The position numbers and the translations under genes were made by a program. 64,000 nucleotides of DNA from contig CM097885.1 in assembly GCA_044892525.1 (NCBI GenBank), forward strand, positions 20,338,001 through 20,402,000, given 5' to 3'. This DNA comes from Schmidtea polychroa (Eukaryota). Below, one piece after another: positions 39,322-49,600 of the stretch (position 1 is the first letter of the stretch; each line of letters opens with the position of its first letter). Below the pieces are notes generated by a model. That model worked only from the letters and a program-made list of their open reading frames with translations, was not told the DNA's origin and did not search any database.

Positions 39322-40706
39322 ATGTCTCTAAATAAATATTGGAGATGTGAAAGTTGTAATTGTCAAGTTACAAGACATCATAAAACAAGTCATTTAAAAA
39401 TAAAAAACATACAGGAGGCGATCTACAATCTTCAAAAACAACATCTTCAATATTAAAACCTTTTACTACAGAAAAATATCCAGGTGAAAGACATTTATTT
39501 AAACACAACTACACCGGACCAGGAACAAGATTAGATATTAGATTAGATGAAAATAATAATCCCAAACAAGGAGAAGAACCAATAAATAGAATTGATCAAG
39601 CAGCTTTAAAACATGACATTGCATACAATTCAACAAATCTTAGAGATAGACATGTTGCAGATGTGAATTTAATACATGATTTAAATAGTATCCAAAATCC
39701 ATCAACCCAAGAAAAGATTCAAAGAGCTCTAGTTAAATTAGCAATGAAAGGTAAGATTTTCATAGGCTTAGGACACAGTCCGATCACCATGGGTGCAAGA
39801 CTTCCTAGGAAAGCAAAAGATGTTGCTTATAAAAAGATTATCGAACAAGCAGAGATTGAAAGATCCCTCGAGAGTACAGCCAGGACTAGTTTATTAACCC
39901 CAACAGAATCACAAATAAAATATGCCAACGAATTACACCATGAATTTAGAAAAAATAAAAAATATTTAAAAGTTCAAGTACATGAAAAAGATCAAATATG
40001 GTCTGCTGATTTAGTCTTTATGCCCAAATCATCAGATCCTGAAAAATATAAAATAATTTTAACTGTAATAGATTTATATACAAGATTTGCTTTTGCAAGA
40101 TGTTTAGAAAATAAAACAGGATATTCTATTACAGAAGCATTTGAAAATATATTTGAAGAAAATCAAAGAATCCCAAAATATTTATGGTGTGATAAAGGAA
40201 CAGAATTTTATAACAAAGTTTTTACAAAGTTTTTAAATGAAAATGATATTAAATTATATTCAACAGAAAACGAAGGAAAAGCAGTCGTAGTTGAAAGATT
40301 AAATAGAACATTAAAAAATAAAATGTGGAAATATTTTACTGCTATTGGAAAACAAAAATGGAACAATGAATTGTTACAAAAGATTGTAAATGAATATAAT
40401 AATGATGTACATAGTTCTATAAAATTAACACCTTTAAATGCTTCCATGAAGCCTTAAACCATTAAAGTGGTAAATATTGAAAATAATGTTATTGAAAAAC
40501 CAAAGTTTAAAATTGGTGACCGAGTAAGAATATTTAAATATAAAAATAAATTTGAAAAAGGATTCACAGCAAAATGGACAAATGAAATTTTTATTATAAA
40601 TAAAATAAATTATACAACTCCAATAACATATAGCATCTTTGATTTAAATAATGAAAAAATATTAGGTAGATTTTATAATAATGAACTACAGAAAACAGAT
40701 TTTTAA
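39322..40706 (+). pseudogene. Zn-finger / phospholipase A2 / retroviral-type integrase fusion, disrupted
   Basis: ATG 39322 MSLNKYWRCESC…HLK; frameshift ~39400; then NYTGPG…DQAALKHDIAY in frame with WSADL, WCDKGTEF, VERLNRTLK; in-frame TAA at 40455-57; continues to KFKIGDRVRI. Confidence 0.88.
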
Positions 40707-40717
40707 GTCGACAAGCC

Positions 40718-41509
40718 CTAAAACAAACTTTTCCATATTTCAGCTTCTTCTCTATCCAAATAAATATAATTATATTTTTCTTTCCAATGATTATCAACAA
40801 ACATATCAAACATATTCTTATCAGGTTCAACATTTGAAAATAAATCATTATAAATCATATTCTTATCACGGCGATCTAATTTAAAAAATATAAAACAATT
40901 GGAATTATTTCTTATTGAATTTTTATCTAAAGCATAATATGTTTGAGATATATAAATAACATTACAATTATTATGTCGACCTCGTGTAAAGTAACTCTTT
41001 TGAATCTCTTGATTTTTCATATTAACAACATCATCAAATATAACTAGATTCTTTTTATCTTTAGGAAGTAAATCACAATGTAAAACATCTTCAGGTTTAT
41101 TAGAGAATAAAACTTGAATTGCCTCCTGCCCTTCTTCACAAATATAATCATTTTTATTACTAATATCTGATTCTAAAATCTTTTCCTTATACCAATCAAC
41201 CATATCACAAGGTTGAAAAACTTCTTCAGGACACCTATGTTGATTTTTAAAAATATCAATTATTGCTTTTTTAGTTAATTTATTTTCAAATCCACATTTC
41301 AAAAGTTGTAATTCTGGTTGATTTATGGTTGTAGAATAAAAGATTAAATTATTATAATCTAAAAAATCATCTTCAAGTAACATTCTCAAAACAAGTACAT
41401 TCTTTCCACATCCAGAAGAACCAACAATTAATAATCTAAAATTATCAGGAAATACTTTATTATTGAATTTACTCTTATGTCTATTTAAAATTGGTTTCCA
41501 AGTATCCAT
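40718..41509 (-). CDS. A32/FtsK-like genome packaging ATPase
   Basis: Walker A GSSGCGKN, Walker B VIFDD, RGRH motif, ISQ. Confidence 0.95.
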   Translation of the reverse strand: MDTWKPILNRHKSKFNNKVFPDNFRLLIVGSSGCGKNVLVLRMLLEDDFLDYNNLIFYSTTINQPELQLLKCGFENKLTKKAIIDIFKNQHRCPEEVFQPCDMVDWYKEKILESDISNKNDYICEEGQEAIQVLFSNKPEDVLHCDLLPKDKKNLVIFDDVVNMKNQEIQKSYFTRGRHNNCNVIYISQTYYALDKNSIRNNSNCFIFFKLDRRDKNMIYNDLFSNVEPDKNMFDMFVDNHWKEKYNYIYLDREEAEIWKSLF

Positions 41510-41525
41510 TTTTATTTATTATAAA

Positions 41526-42104
41526 ATGACAACTGAAGAATCTTTGCAAGAATTAATAAATTCAAATAAAAATAAATCAGTAGTAATTGATGGTAAAAAA
41601 TATTTTATTGGAAAACATGTAAAAGAACAAGTTAGAGCGAAGCTCCACGAAGCTAAAGAAGGTGGCATTCTTCCATTAGCTGCTTTAATACCTGCAATCA
41701 TTGCTGGTTTATCAGGTGCTGCTGGAATAGCTGGAGGAATTGCAACTACAGTTCAAAAAGCTAAAGAATCTCAAAAGACAGACCTAGAAAAAGAAAAACT
41801 ACAAACTGAAATCGATTCAATGAAGAAGGTAGGGCAAGCTAAAGGGGGAGTGTCCGTTGGAAAGGGTCTCTATCTTAATCCATATGAGGGGAGTCGGCAA
41901 AAGTCTCAGGGCAAAGGTCTCTATCTTGATCCTTATAAAGGTAGAGGTTTAAATGATTTTTTAAAAAATCAAATTTCTACATCTGAATCTTTATCTTCAA
42001 AAGATAAAGAAGATTTAAAAAAAATATGTAAATCTTTAAAGAATGGATGCCTTTGTAAAACTAAAAATGGTAAAGGATTATACTTGAAGCCCTTCGAACT
42101 ATGA
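41526..42104 (+). CDS. Adenovirus pX-like membrane-active core protein
   Basis: GGILPLAALIPAIIAGLSGAAGIAGG plus three GKGLYL repeats; the first ATG is at 41526. Confidence 0.75.
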   Translation: MTTEESLQELINSNKNKSVVIDGKKYFIGKHVKEQVRAKLHEAKEGGILPLAALIPAIIAGLSGAAGIAGGIATTVQKAKESQKTDLEKEKLQTEIDSMKKVGQAKGGVSVGKGLYLNPYEGSRQKSQGKGLYLDPYKGRGLNDFLKNQISTSESLSSKDKEDLKKICKSLKNGCLCKTKNGKGLYLKPFEL

Positions 42105-42126
42105 TACCATTTTTGATACCATTAAA

Positions 42127-43008
42127 ATGGTATATGAAGAAAGATTAGCACTTTTAAAAAAATTACAATCAGAACAAGATAAATATAATAAAAAAGATAC
42201 AACTCAACATGCTGAATCTATAATATTAAATGAGGTAATAACACAACAACAGGGGCCAACAATTAAAGCTATAAAAGAGTTGGAAGATTTCAATGAGCAA
42301 GCAAAATTTAAAGAGTTAGAAGATAAAAAACAAAAAATAAAAGAACTAGAGTGGCAGGATAAAGAAAAAGAATCCAGTGAAAACCATCCTGAAAGAAATC
42401 AAAGAAAACGCAGAAGAATTTCTAATGTGGAAGAAGAAGAAATGTTTTTAAAAACAAAACCTCTTAAAGTTGATCCTAAAATTAGAGATGATTTACCTCC
42501 TTCAATTAGACCCACATTTAATACTAATACTGAAGGATATCAAATAATAACAATTAATAAACAAAACTTTACTTTATATTCAAATTCAGAAAATAAATCA
42601 CGTATTCATTCACAAAATGTTTATAATAATGAATATTTAGACTTTGAATTTACAGATGATTTTTATAGATTACTTTGTGGATATTCTTCAGAAGATGTTG
42701 AAGAAATTAAAAAATATTTAAATTTAATAAGATTAATAAGAGCTAGTTCTAAAGCAAAATATATTCAAGATTTAAAGAATTATTTAAATAAAAATGAAAA
42801 GGGTTATGTTGTTACAGAGGGAGAGGGATTAATTAGTGAAGGTGGTAAACCAAATCCCATCAATCTTTTTATTGAATTAAGAAAACTATTAGCTGCAAGG
42901 AAAGCAGGACATAATAATTTAGATTCTGATATTTTAAAGATTTCTAAAGATTTGTTAAAACAAGGAATAATTTCAAAAGATAAATTTAATAAGTATACGA
43001 AGTTATAA
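42127..43008 (+). CDS. Conserved Polinton/adintovirus protein, putative virion core
   Basis: GEGL site and C-terminal LLAARKAGHNN…LLKQGII motif; basic NLS-like RKRRR. Confidence 0.7.
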   Translation: MVYEERLALLKKLQSEQDKYNKKDTTQHAESIILNEVITQQQGPTIKAIKELEDFNEQAKFKELEDKKQKIKELEWQDKEKESSENHPERNQRKRRRISNVEEEEMFLKTKPLKVDPKIRDDLPPSIRPTFNTNTEGYQIITINKQNFTLYSNSENKSRIHSQNVYNNEYLDFEFTDDFYRLLCGYSSEDVEEIKKYLNLIRLIRASSKAKYIQDLKNYLNKNEKGYVVTEGEGLISEGGKPNPINLFIELRKLLAARKAGHNNLDSDILKISKDLLKQGIISKDKFNKYTKL

Positions 43009-43030
43009 ATACGAAGTTTTAAAATACAAA

Positions 43031-43495
43031 ATGACTCCTTCAATATTAGATTTTTTAAAAACATTTGGAATAAATGCAAAAACAAATTTTGATTTAAAAG
43101 ATTATGCAAATTATTTAAATTTAAAAATTAAAATATTAATGAATGATGAATTATCAAGTCTGGAGAGTCCCCTGAATATAATAATCAATTATCAAAATTC
43201 AAATGAAAAAGGATCTCATTGGGTTTGTATATATAAGAAATCTATCTACTTTGATTCTTTTGGGATTAAACCTACTAAAGAAGTTGAAGATTATCTCTTG
43301 AGGGGTTCTCCGATTGATTCCCCAAATGGTTATACTTTTAACTCTTTACAAGTTCAACCTTTGAATACTAAAATATGTGGTATTTTAAGTTTATATGTTT
43401 TGTATAGATTGAATAAGGGAGAGGGAAAGGGGCATACGCAGGATTTTGAATCTATAATTCAAGAAATTTATAATGATCTAGAATCTCTACTATAA
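43031..43495 (+). CDS. Adenain-like cysteine maturation protease
   Basis: GSHWV, YFDSFG and Q…CG catalytic motifs. Confidence 0.93.
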   Translation: MTPSILDFLKTFGINAKTNFDLKDYANYLNLKIKILMNDELSSLESPLNIIINYQNSNEKGSHWVCIYKKSIYFDSFGIKPTKEVEDYLLRGSPIDSPNGYTFNSLQVQPLNTKICGILSLYVLYRLNKGEGKGHTQDFESIIQEIYNDLESLL

Positions 43496-43543
43496 GGATT
43501 TTTACTATAAGGATTTTTACTATATGAATTTACTCCTAAAGAA

Positions 43544-44308
43544 ATGGAGCTTCACAACCCTCCGGAAGATAATTTTAAAAAAATGGTAAACATAATGTCA
43601 GATAAATATTCAAGAACTTTATCTATAAATTCAAAAGAATCAGAGTTTACTATAAACTTTCAAGATTCAATTAAATTAGATCAAAATTTAAATTATGAAT
43701 TGGGGCTATTATGGTTTTGTGCTTATAATACTATTTTTAATATAACTAAAGATAATAATAAATTTACTATTCAAACTCGTGATGGGCATAAACCAGAAAT
43801 TATAACAATAGAACCTGGGGCATATGAGATAAAAGATTTAAATGATATACTTTCTAAAAAAACAAATGAAGGTATTAAAATTAAAATGGATATACCAACT
43901 TCAAAATGTGTAATGACTTTGAAGAATATAAAAATTAGTTTTTTAGATAATTGTTTCTTTCACACAGTTTTAGGATTTAAACCTATGGATATAACAATAA
44001 AAGAAGATAAAATAATAACATCAGAACATATTATAAAAATAATAAATACAAACACAATAAATATTCATTGCGATTGTATAACAGGTTCTTATAATAATGG
44101 TAAACAAACAAATGTTTTATATTCCTTTCCCTCAAACACAGTTCCTATGGGATATAAAATAGTTGAAAGAATGAATCCTCCAAATTATTTACCTTTATGT
44201 AGAAAATATATAATGGATATTAATTTTAAAATTCTTAATCAAGAAGGAGAATTGATTGATTTTAATGGAGAAGAGATTTCAATGTATTTACATTTGAAAC
44301 AGGTTTGA
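43544..44308 (+). CDS. Minor capsid protein (penton)
   Basis: IHCDCITGSYNNG…LYSF…GYKIVE…YLP…LIDFNGE resembles Polinton penton motifs; the start could be the second Met. Confidence 0.82.
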   Translation: MELHNPPEDNFKKMVNIMSDKYSRTLSINSKESEFTINFQDSIKLDQNLNYELGLLWFCAYNTIFNITKDNNKFTIQTRDGHKPEIITIEPGAYEIKDLNDILSKKTNEGIKIKMDIPTSKCVMTLKNIKISFLDNCFFHTVLGFKPMDITIKEDKIITSEHIIKIINTNTINIHCDCITGSYNNGKQTNVLYSFPSNTVPMGYKIVERMNPPNYLPLCRKYIMDINFKILNQEGELIDFNGEEISMYLHLKQV

Positions 44309-44332
44309 AGATTCATTTTAAATTATTAATAA

Positions 44333-45343
44333 ATGAGTTCTTATATTCCATGTAATAGAGGTGGTGGAACAATAAAAACATGGTTTAATACAGAAGAAAT
44401 ATTAACTTTAACAGAAAATAAATATATTAATGAAAGAGGTGATTCAATGAAGGGTGATTTAATTTTAAATGGACACAAGATAAAAGAATTATCTTTTCCA
44501 ACTGATGAAGCTGATGCAGTTAATAAGAAATATGTAGATGGTGTTAAAAAATATACTGATTTAACAACAACAAGAATTGAAAGTTCATTAACAACAAAAA
44601 TTGATTCAATGGAATCAAAGCTTAATAATATCGAACAACGATTTAATGATAAATTTGACAAGTTACAAAGTCTGTTAACTGAACAAGTTGTAAAGTTAAA
44701 TACTGCTATATTAAATTCTAAAGATAAACAAGTTATGAATACTAAATTTAATACAATATATAATAAAATAAATGAGATGATTACATCATTTAATAAAAGA
44801 ATTTCAAATTTAGAGTCTCATGGAACACACATTAACACCACACATAGTATTAGAAAAAGAGCTGCTGAATTAGAACAGAATAAAACATTATTACCCCATA
44901 CATATAAACATTTTATAGAACCAAGTTTAATAACAACAAACAGTAAAGAATGGGGTGTTTTTATGGTTGTAAAAATTATTGATCCTTATTTCTTTTTGTT
45001 TGATGATGATAATGAAAGAATGAAATGGTTTGTGAAATGTGATTATAATAGTAAGCTTGAAAAGGGTGATGTTATAATGACTAGTTATGATTTACCACAC
45101 GGAGATTGGTATGTTAATACTCATTCACATGGACTACATAAAGTTAAAAGTAAGAATATTCATTTTTCTAGTTCACTTGTACAATATATAGATTTAATAT
45201 TTTATGAAAAAAAGGTTGATGTTGATGAAGTTCGTAAAGCATTGAGAGAATTGTATAAAGATATCCTCTCAACAAGAGTTTCTTTTGATATCCGAGTATT
45301 GGTACCAGATGGTGCTCAGAAGAATAAAGTCTTATTTTTTTAA
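44333..45343 (+). CDS. Putative fibre/spike protein
   Basis: GDSMKGDLILNGHKI…DAVNKKYVD fibre-type motif, long coiled coil, globular C-terminus. Confidence 0.6.
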   Translation: MSSYIPCNRGGGTIKTWFNTEEILTLTENKYINERGDSMKGDLILNGHKIKELSFPTDEADAVNKKYVDGVKKYTDLTTTRIESSLTTKIDSMESKLNNIEQRFNDKFDKLQSLLTEQVVKLNTAILNSKDKQVMNTKFNTIYNKINEMITSFNKRISNLESHGTHINTTHSIRKRAAELEQNKTLLPHTYKHFIEPSLITTNSKEWGVFMVVKIIDPYFFLFDDDNERMKWFVKCDYNSKLEKGDVIMTSYDLPHGDWYVNTHSHGLHKVKSKNIHFSSSLVQYIDLIFYEKKVDVDEVRKALRELYKDILSTRVSFDIRVLVPDGAQKNKVLFF

Positions 45344-45351
45344 TTATTAAA

Positions 45352-45948
45352 ATGGAAGAAGTAAGAGAAGAAAAAATTTACCCAGAATTGAGATCATCAG
45401 GATATTATTCTTCCAAGGCCTCGGCTCCCACAGAACTTGAAATTATGAGAGTAAAAGAATTTAAATTAGAAACCTTACATTTACAAGATTTATTAAAGCA
45501 TTATAAAAAAATTAAAAATAGATGGAATAAAGGGAATACAGTTTTAAAAGTTATAGGTTATTCTTTAGGATTTGCATCTGCAATATTAACAGTTATTTTA
45601 CCCATAACTTTACCAGTTGTTACTCTTGCACCTGTAATACTTGGAAGTATTTCTGTGGCTGATGGTTTCTTAACTGAAATAGTTTCATTATCTTATACTT
45701 CTAAAAAGAAAAGTTTATATAGAGAAGTTTGTTTATCAATAGAATTAGGAATCTCTAAATTATTTTTATTTCAATTAAAAGCTTTGGAAGATGGAATCCT
45801 GACAGACGAAGAAATAATGAAATCAAATCAAATAATACAAGATATAAAGAATGAGGTTATAAGATTAAAAAGGGAGGGCATGGTGGCTAATGTTATAAGT
45901 AATAAAAAAACATCTCGAGAAAAATGGTTAAAGAATTCTTACTTATAA
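45352..45948 (+). CDS. GasderminX-like membrane protein
   Basis: IYPEL…SAP N-terminus, central hydrophobic hairpin, KALEDGILTDEE motif (family assignment from recall). Confidence 0.6.
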   Translation: MEEVREEKIYPELRSSGYYSSKASAPTELEIMRVKEFKLETLHLQDLLKHYKKIKNRWNKGNTVLKVIGYSLGFASAILTVILPITLPVVTLAPVILGSISVADGFLTEIVSLSYTSKKKSLYREVCLSIELGISKLFLFQLKALEDGILTDEEIMKSNQIIQDIKNEVIRLKREGMVANVISNKKTSREKWLKNSYL

Positions 45949-46042
45949 AATGGGTGTATTTTTAAAAAAGTAGATCAGGTTGCTATAGTTGCTTAAATTA
46001 ATTGTCGACATTTTATTATTAAAAAATTAAATATCGTTGGTT

Positions 46043-46597
46043 TCAGTTATGGTTGAAAGCCAACCTATGAATCATTAATTTATGATCTTTAAATTCTTTA
46101 TCACTTAGACCTTTTATATATTCAGGATCAGTATTAAAATATTTAAGTTCTAAACATATAGGATTAAAAACTTGAGAATATAAAGGTTTCTCGATTTCTC
46201 TCTCGGGATAAATAATTTCAACATTATAAATATCAAGATCAGTAATCTTTGTATCATATAACTTATTCAACTTTTCTAGATTTTTTATTATAGGGATTAA
46301 ATTATTTCCAATAGGTAGAGTTGTCTTTAAATCACTTAGTATGAATCTCTTATCATCATAATTTGATAATGATATTTTTTGAGATTCTATCAAGTGAATA
46401 TCATGGTTTTCACTTTTAAGTTGATGTATTTCATCAATTTTATCTTTATGATTTGGATTCAATGTATCTATATAATCTTGATGAGAAAGATTCTTTGCAA
46501 CCACTCTCTGTATTCCTTTACATCTGTTATCCTTTAAATTAGTAATATTTTTTATAATTTCAAAAATGTTATTTTCTTGATTTTTAGTTTCCATCAT
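46043..46597 (-). CDS. Stand-alone diverged paralogue of the PolB C-terminal ~170 aa
   Basis: Shares KGIQ, YDDKRFILSDLKTTLPIGN and ELKYFNTDPEYI with the adjacent PolB; has its own tataaaATG. Confidence 0.85.
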   Translation of the reverse strand: MMETKNQENNIFEIIKNITNLKDNRCKGIQRVVAKNLSHQDYIDTLNPNHKDKIDEIHQLKSENHDIHLIESQKISLSNYDDKRFILSDLKTTLPIGNNLIPIIKNLEKLNKLYDTKITDLDIYNVEIIYPEREIEKPLYSQVFNPICLELKYFNTDPEYIKGLSDKEFKDHKLMIHRLAFNHN

Positions 46598-46621
46598 TTT
46601 ATAGTGTTAAAATTCTAATTC

Positions 46622-49600
46622 TTAGACCAGTCGTAATTGATTTATAATTATTTCTGCAGTAATGCTTTTTAACATTAATTTATGTGATTTAAAGTCTTCT
46701 GGTGTTAATCCTTGGATATATTCAGGATCAGTATTAAAATATTTAAGTTCTATAGGTTTTATATTTTGAACTTGATTATATAAAGGTTTAGGAATTAATA
46801 TTTCAGGATATTGGATTTCTACTTTAGCAAGTTGAAGGTCTGTAATCTCTAGGTTATAAATTTCATTTATTTTATCAAGATTTTTTATTATAGGGATTAA
46901 ATCATTTCCAATAGGTAATGTTGTCTTCAAGTCAGAAAGTATAAATCTTTTATCATCATAATTTGTTATAGCAATCTTGTTACACTCTTCAAGATATATA
47001 TTATGTTTCTCTGATTTAAGATGATGGGTTTTAGCAATTTTATTTTTATAATTTATATTTAATGAATCTTTATACTCTTGATGTGTGAAGGTTTTTGACA
47101 CTGATTTTTGAATTCCTTTACTTTTATTTTCTTTATAGCTTTTCGGGTTTTCAGGGAATGAAGGATATTCAAATGTATGATCTATTTCAACAGATCCTTC
47201 TCCCTCCCCTATTATAAATTTTATTGTATGCTCTTTCATAATTGGTTTGTCTTTCATTTCAAGAGAATATTGTTTAGGTCTAATAAACACTCCTCCACTT
47301 ATTGGAGTATTTGGTTTTTCATCTTTAAAAGTAAATAATTCTCCAGAGTTGTTTATTAATTTATTTAAGGTTTCGTTTTCACTTATTTCCTTTTTTAAAT
47401 CTTTACTATGACCTTTTAAAAACATACTATCAGTGTCCATAGCATGCATGGATATTCGATCTCCAAAATGGGGTACTAGAACATCATAGTAGGTCTCATA
47501 CATTTGAAGCTTTGAAAGTTCTAAAATTGAAAAACCTATAAAGATTGGTTTATTATAAGTTTTTACAGAGTTTTTAATCTCTATAGCTATAAGGTTACTA
47601 GAGAATATCTCTGCATTTTTAAATGTAGGCTTTCCAATTATTCGATTATATTTATTAAGATCTTTTGTTGTATTGGTTAAGAGCTCTACACGAGTATATT
47701 TATCAATATTCTCCATTGTCTTTCCAAAGACTGCATTGTTTAAAAGTTTATAAATCATATCAAGAAAAGCATTTCCAGCTCTCTTTGCTGCATTTATTTT
47801 TAAGATATTTCCCTCGATGAATTTTTTCATAAAAGGAGCTTGTCGGAATTTAATTATAGAATGAACTTTTTTTAAAACCATTCCATGTGAGAGATAAAAC
47901 TGGAGGAGTCTATAATGACAAAGATAATCAGTTTTATCTGTTTGATCACATAAAAGTTTTATACATGGTGTTCTATTCTGAGCAATCTGCCAATCTGATA
48001 GTTCTTCAGGAGAGATCTTTCTTCTTACAGGAGCAAATGGAAAATATCTAGTTCTGGATTTTATTTCATTGGGATATTCAAGATCACATTCTACAACATA
48101 TCCAAATTGAGAATCTTTTGGTGTTTTTAGAATTTCTTGTATTAATTCCTCAGTGGGTTCTTTCCAGGTGAACTTGCCAATTGGAAGGTATTGAGTCATT
48201 ACTCCCGCATATAAAGCTGTTGCGTCTATATACATTATTTCAGAAGGATTAGAAAGACCTTCCATTATTTCCTTACGATCTTCTGGGTTTGTTATTTCTA
48301 CATATAGAGCATCAGGATCTTTGAAAAATTTAGGATAAAGAGTTGTAAAATTATTAGCATTTATTTCTCTATTCCCTTGTACTGAAGAAATACCTCCTCT
48401 AATATTATGTTTATATACATTAAACATATCAAGCTCAACTAATAATTCAATAGTTTTATTTCTTACTGCTACATCTTCATCAGTCCATATGGTATATAAT
48501 AATATATCCCAAGCTAGAGAGGGAGCGGTTATATAATTATAAGGTTTTAATTCAAAAGCTTTTGAAAATGTCTCGAAGCAATCAGCTAAGATATAAACAT
48601 CCAAGGAAAGATACATGTCAGTATATTCTCCAAGGTTTCTACAGTTGAATAGATTCCACATTTTAACTGCACGGGAATATTCCTGATCAGAAATCCCTGA
48701 TTGTGTTAAAACAGAAAAGAAATCTTCTTGGGGTGGGAGTAATTCATTATATTTTTCAAAGGAGTCTATATAATCATATGGATAGATTCCTTTTGCTAGA
48801 CAGGTATTATATTCCTCTAATGGAATATTGTTTTTTAATAACACATGTTCTTTTGTATATTTAAAATCCTCAGGGTTCATAGTTTTAGCAATCCCATCCA
48901 AAGACATCCCTAAGAAATTTAACGAGTCCAAAAACTTAAAGCATCCATATTGAATGCTTTTATATTTTTCTTTTGTAAGTCCAATAACCTTGAAAGAGTT
49001 TTTAGCATTTGCGGCCAGATGCTTAATGAATAGGTGAATATCATAGCCAAAAAGATTGTGAAATGTAAATGGTATGTGTGTTGGTTTTTTACAATTGAGA
49101 TTACATTTTTTATGGGCTGCTCCTCTGTAATTATTTTCTCTTTTAAAATGATCATGGTCTGCAACCTTTGGCTCCTCATCCTCCTCCTCCTGAATATCAA
49201 ACTCTTGTTTACACATCCAGCAGTGTGTTGCATTTTTATATTCTTCCTCTTGTTCTTCTGAAAAATTCATAGGAAAGTTGGATTTTAATATTATATATAA
49301 TTCATGTTCTAGATTATTTAAAGTTTTAACAAAATGATCTAGAGTCTCTTTGTCAGAAGTTCCTCTAAATGAATATTCTCTAGATTCTACAAGTTCTGGA
49401 TAATTACTTTTAAAAAACATTTTATAAGCAGAGGGTAATTGTTTTGTTAGTTTTACAGTATTAGTTTATGTTCGTCTTAGTTTTACATTTATAGCTTCAA
49501 AATCACAATAAACCACTCCCAATGCTTCTAATAGATTGGAATAGTTTTTAAACCTCATATTAGCATTTTTCTTGTGTGGCATTTTTATTAAAGCAGGTTG

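Noticed and set aside
38118..49261. Small overlapping ORFs (38118, 40208, 40594, 40681, 41519, 42804, 44341, 48919, 49034)
   Set aside because: Shadow frames of well-supported viral genes.
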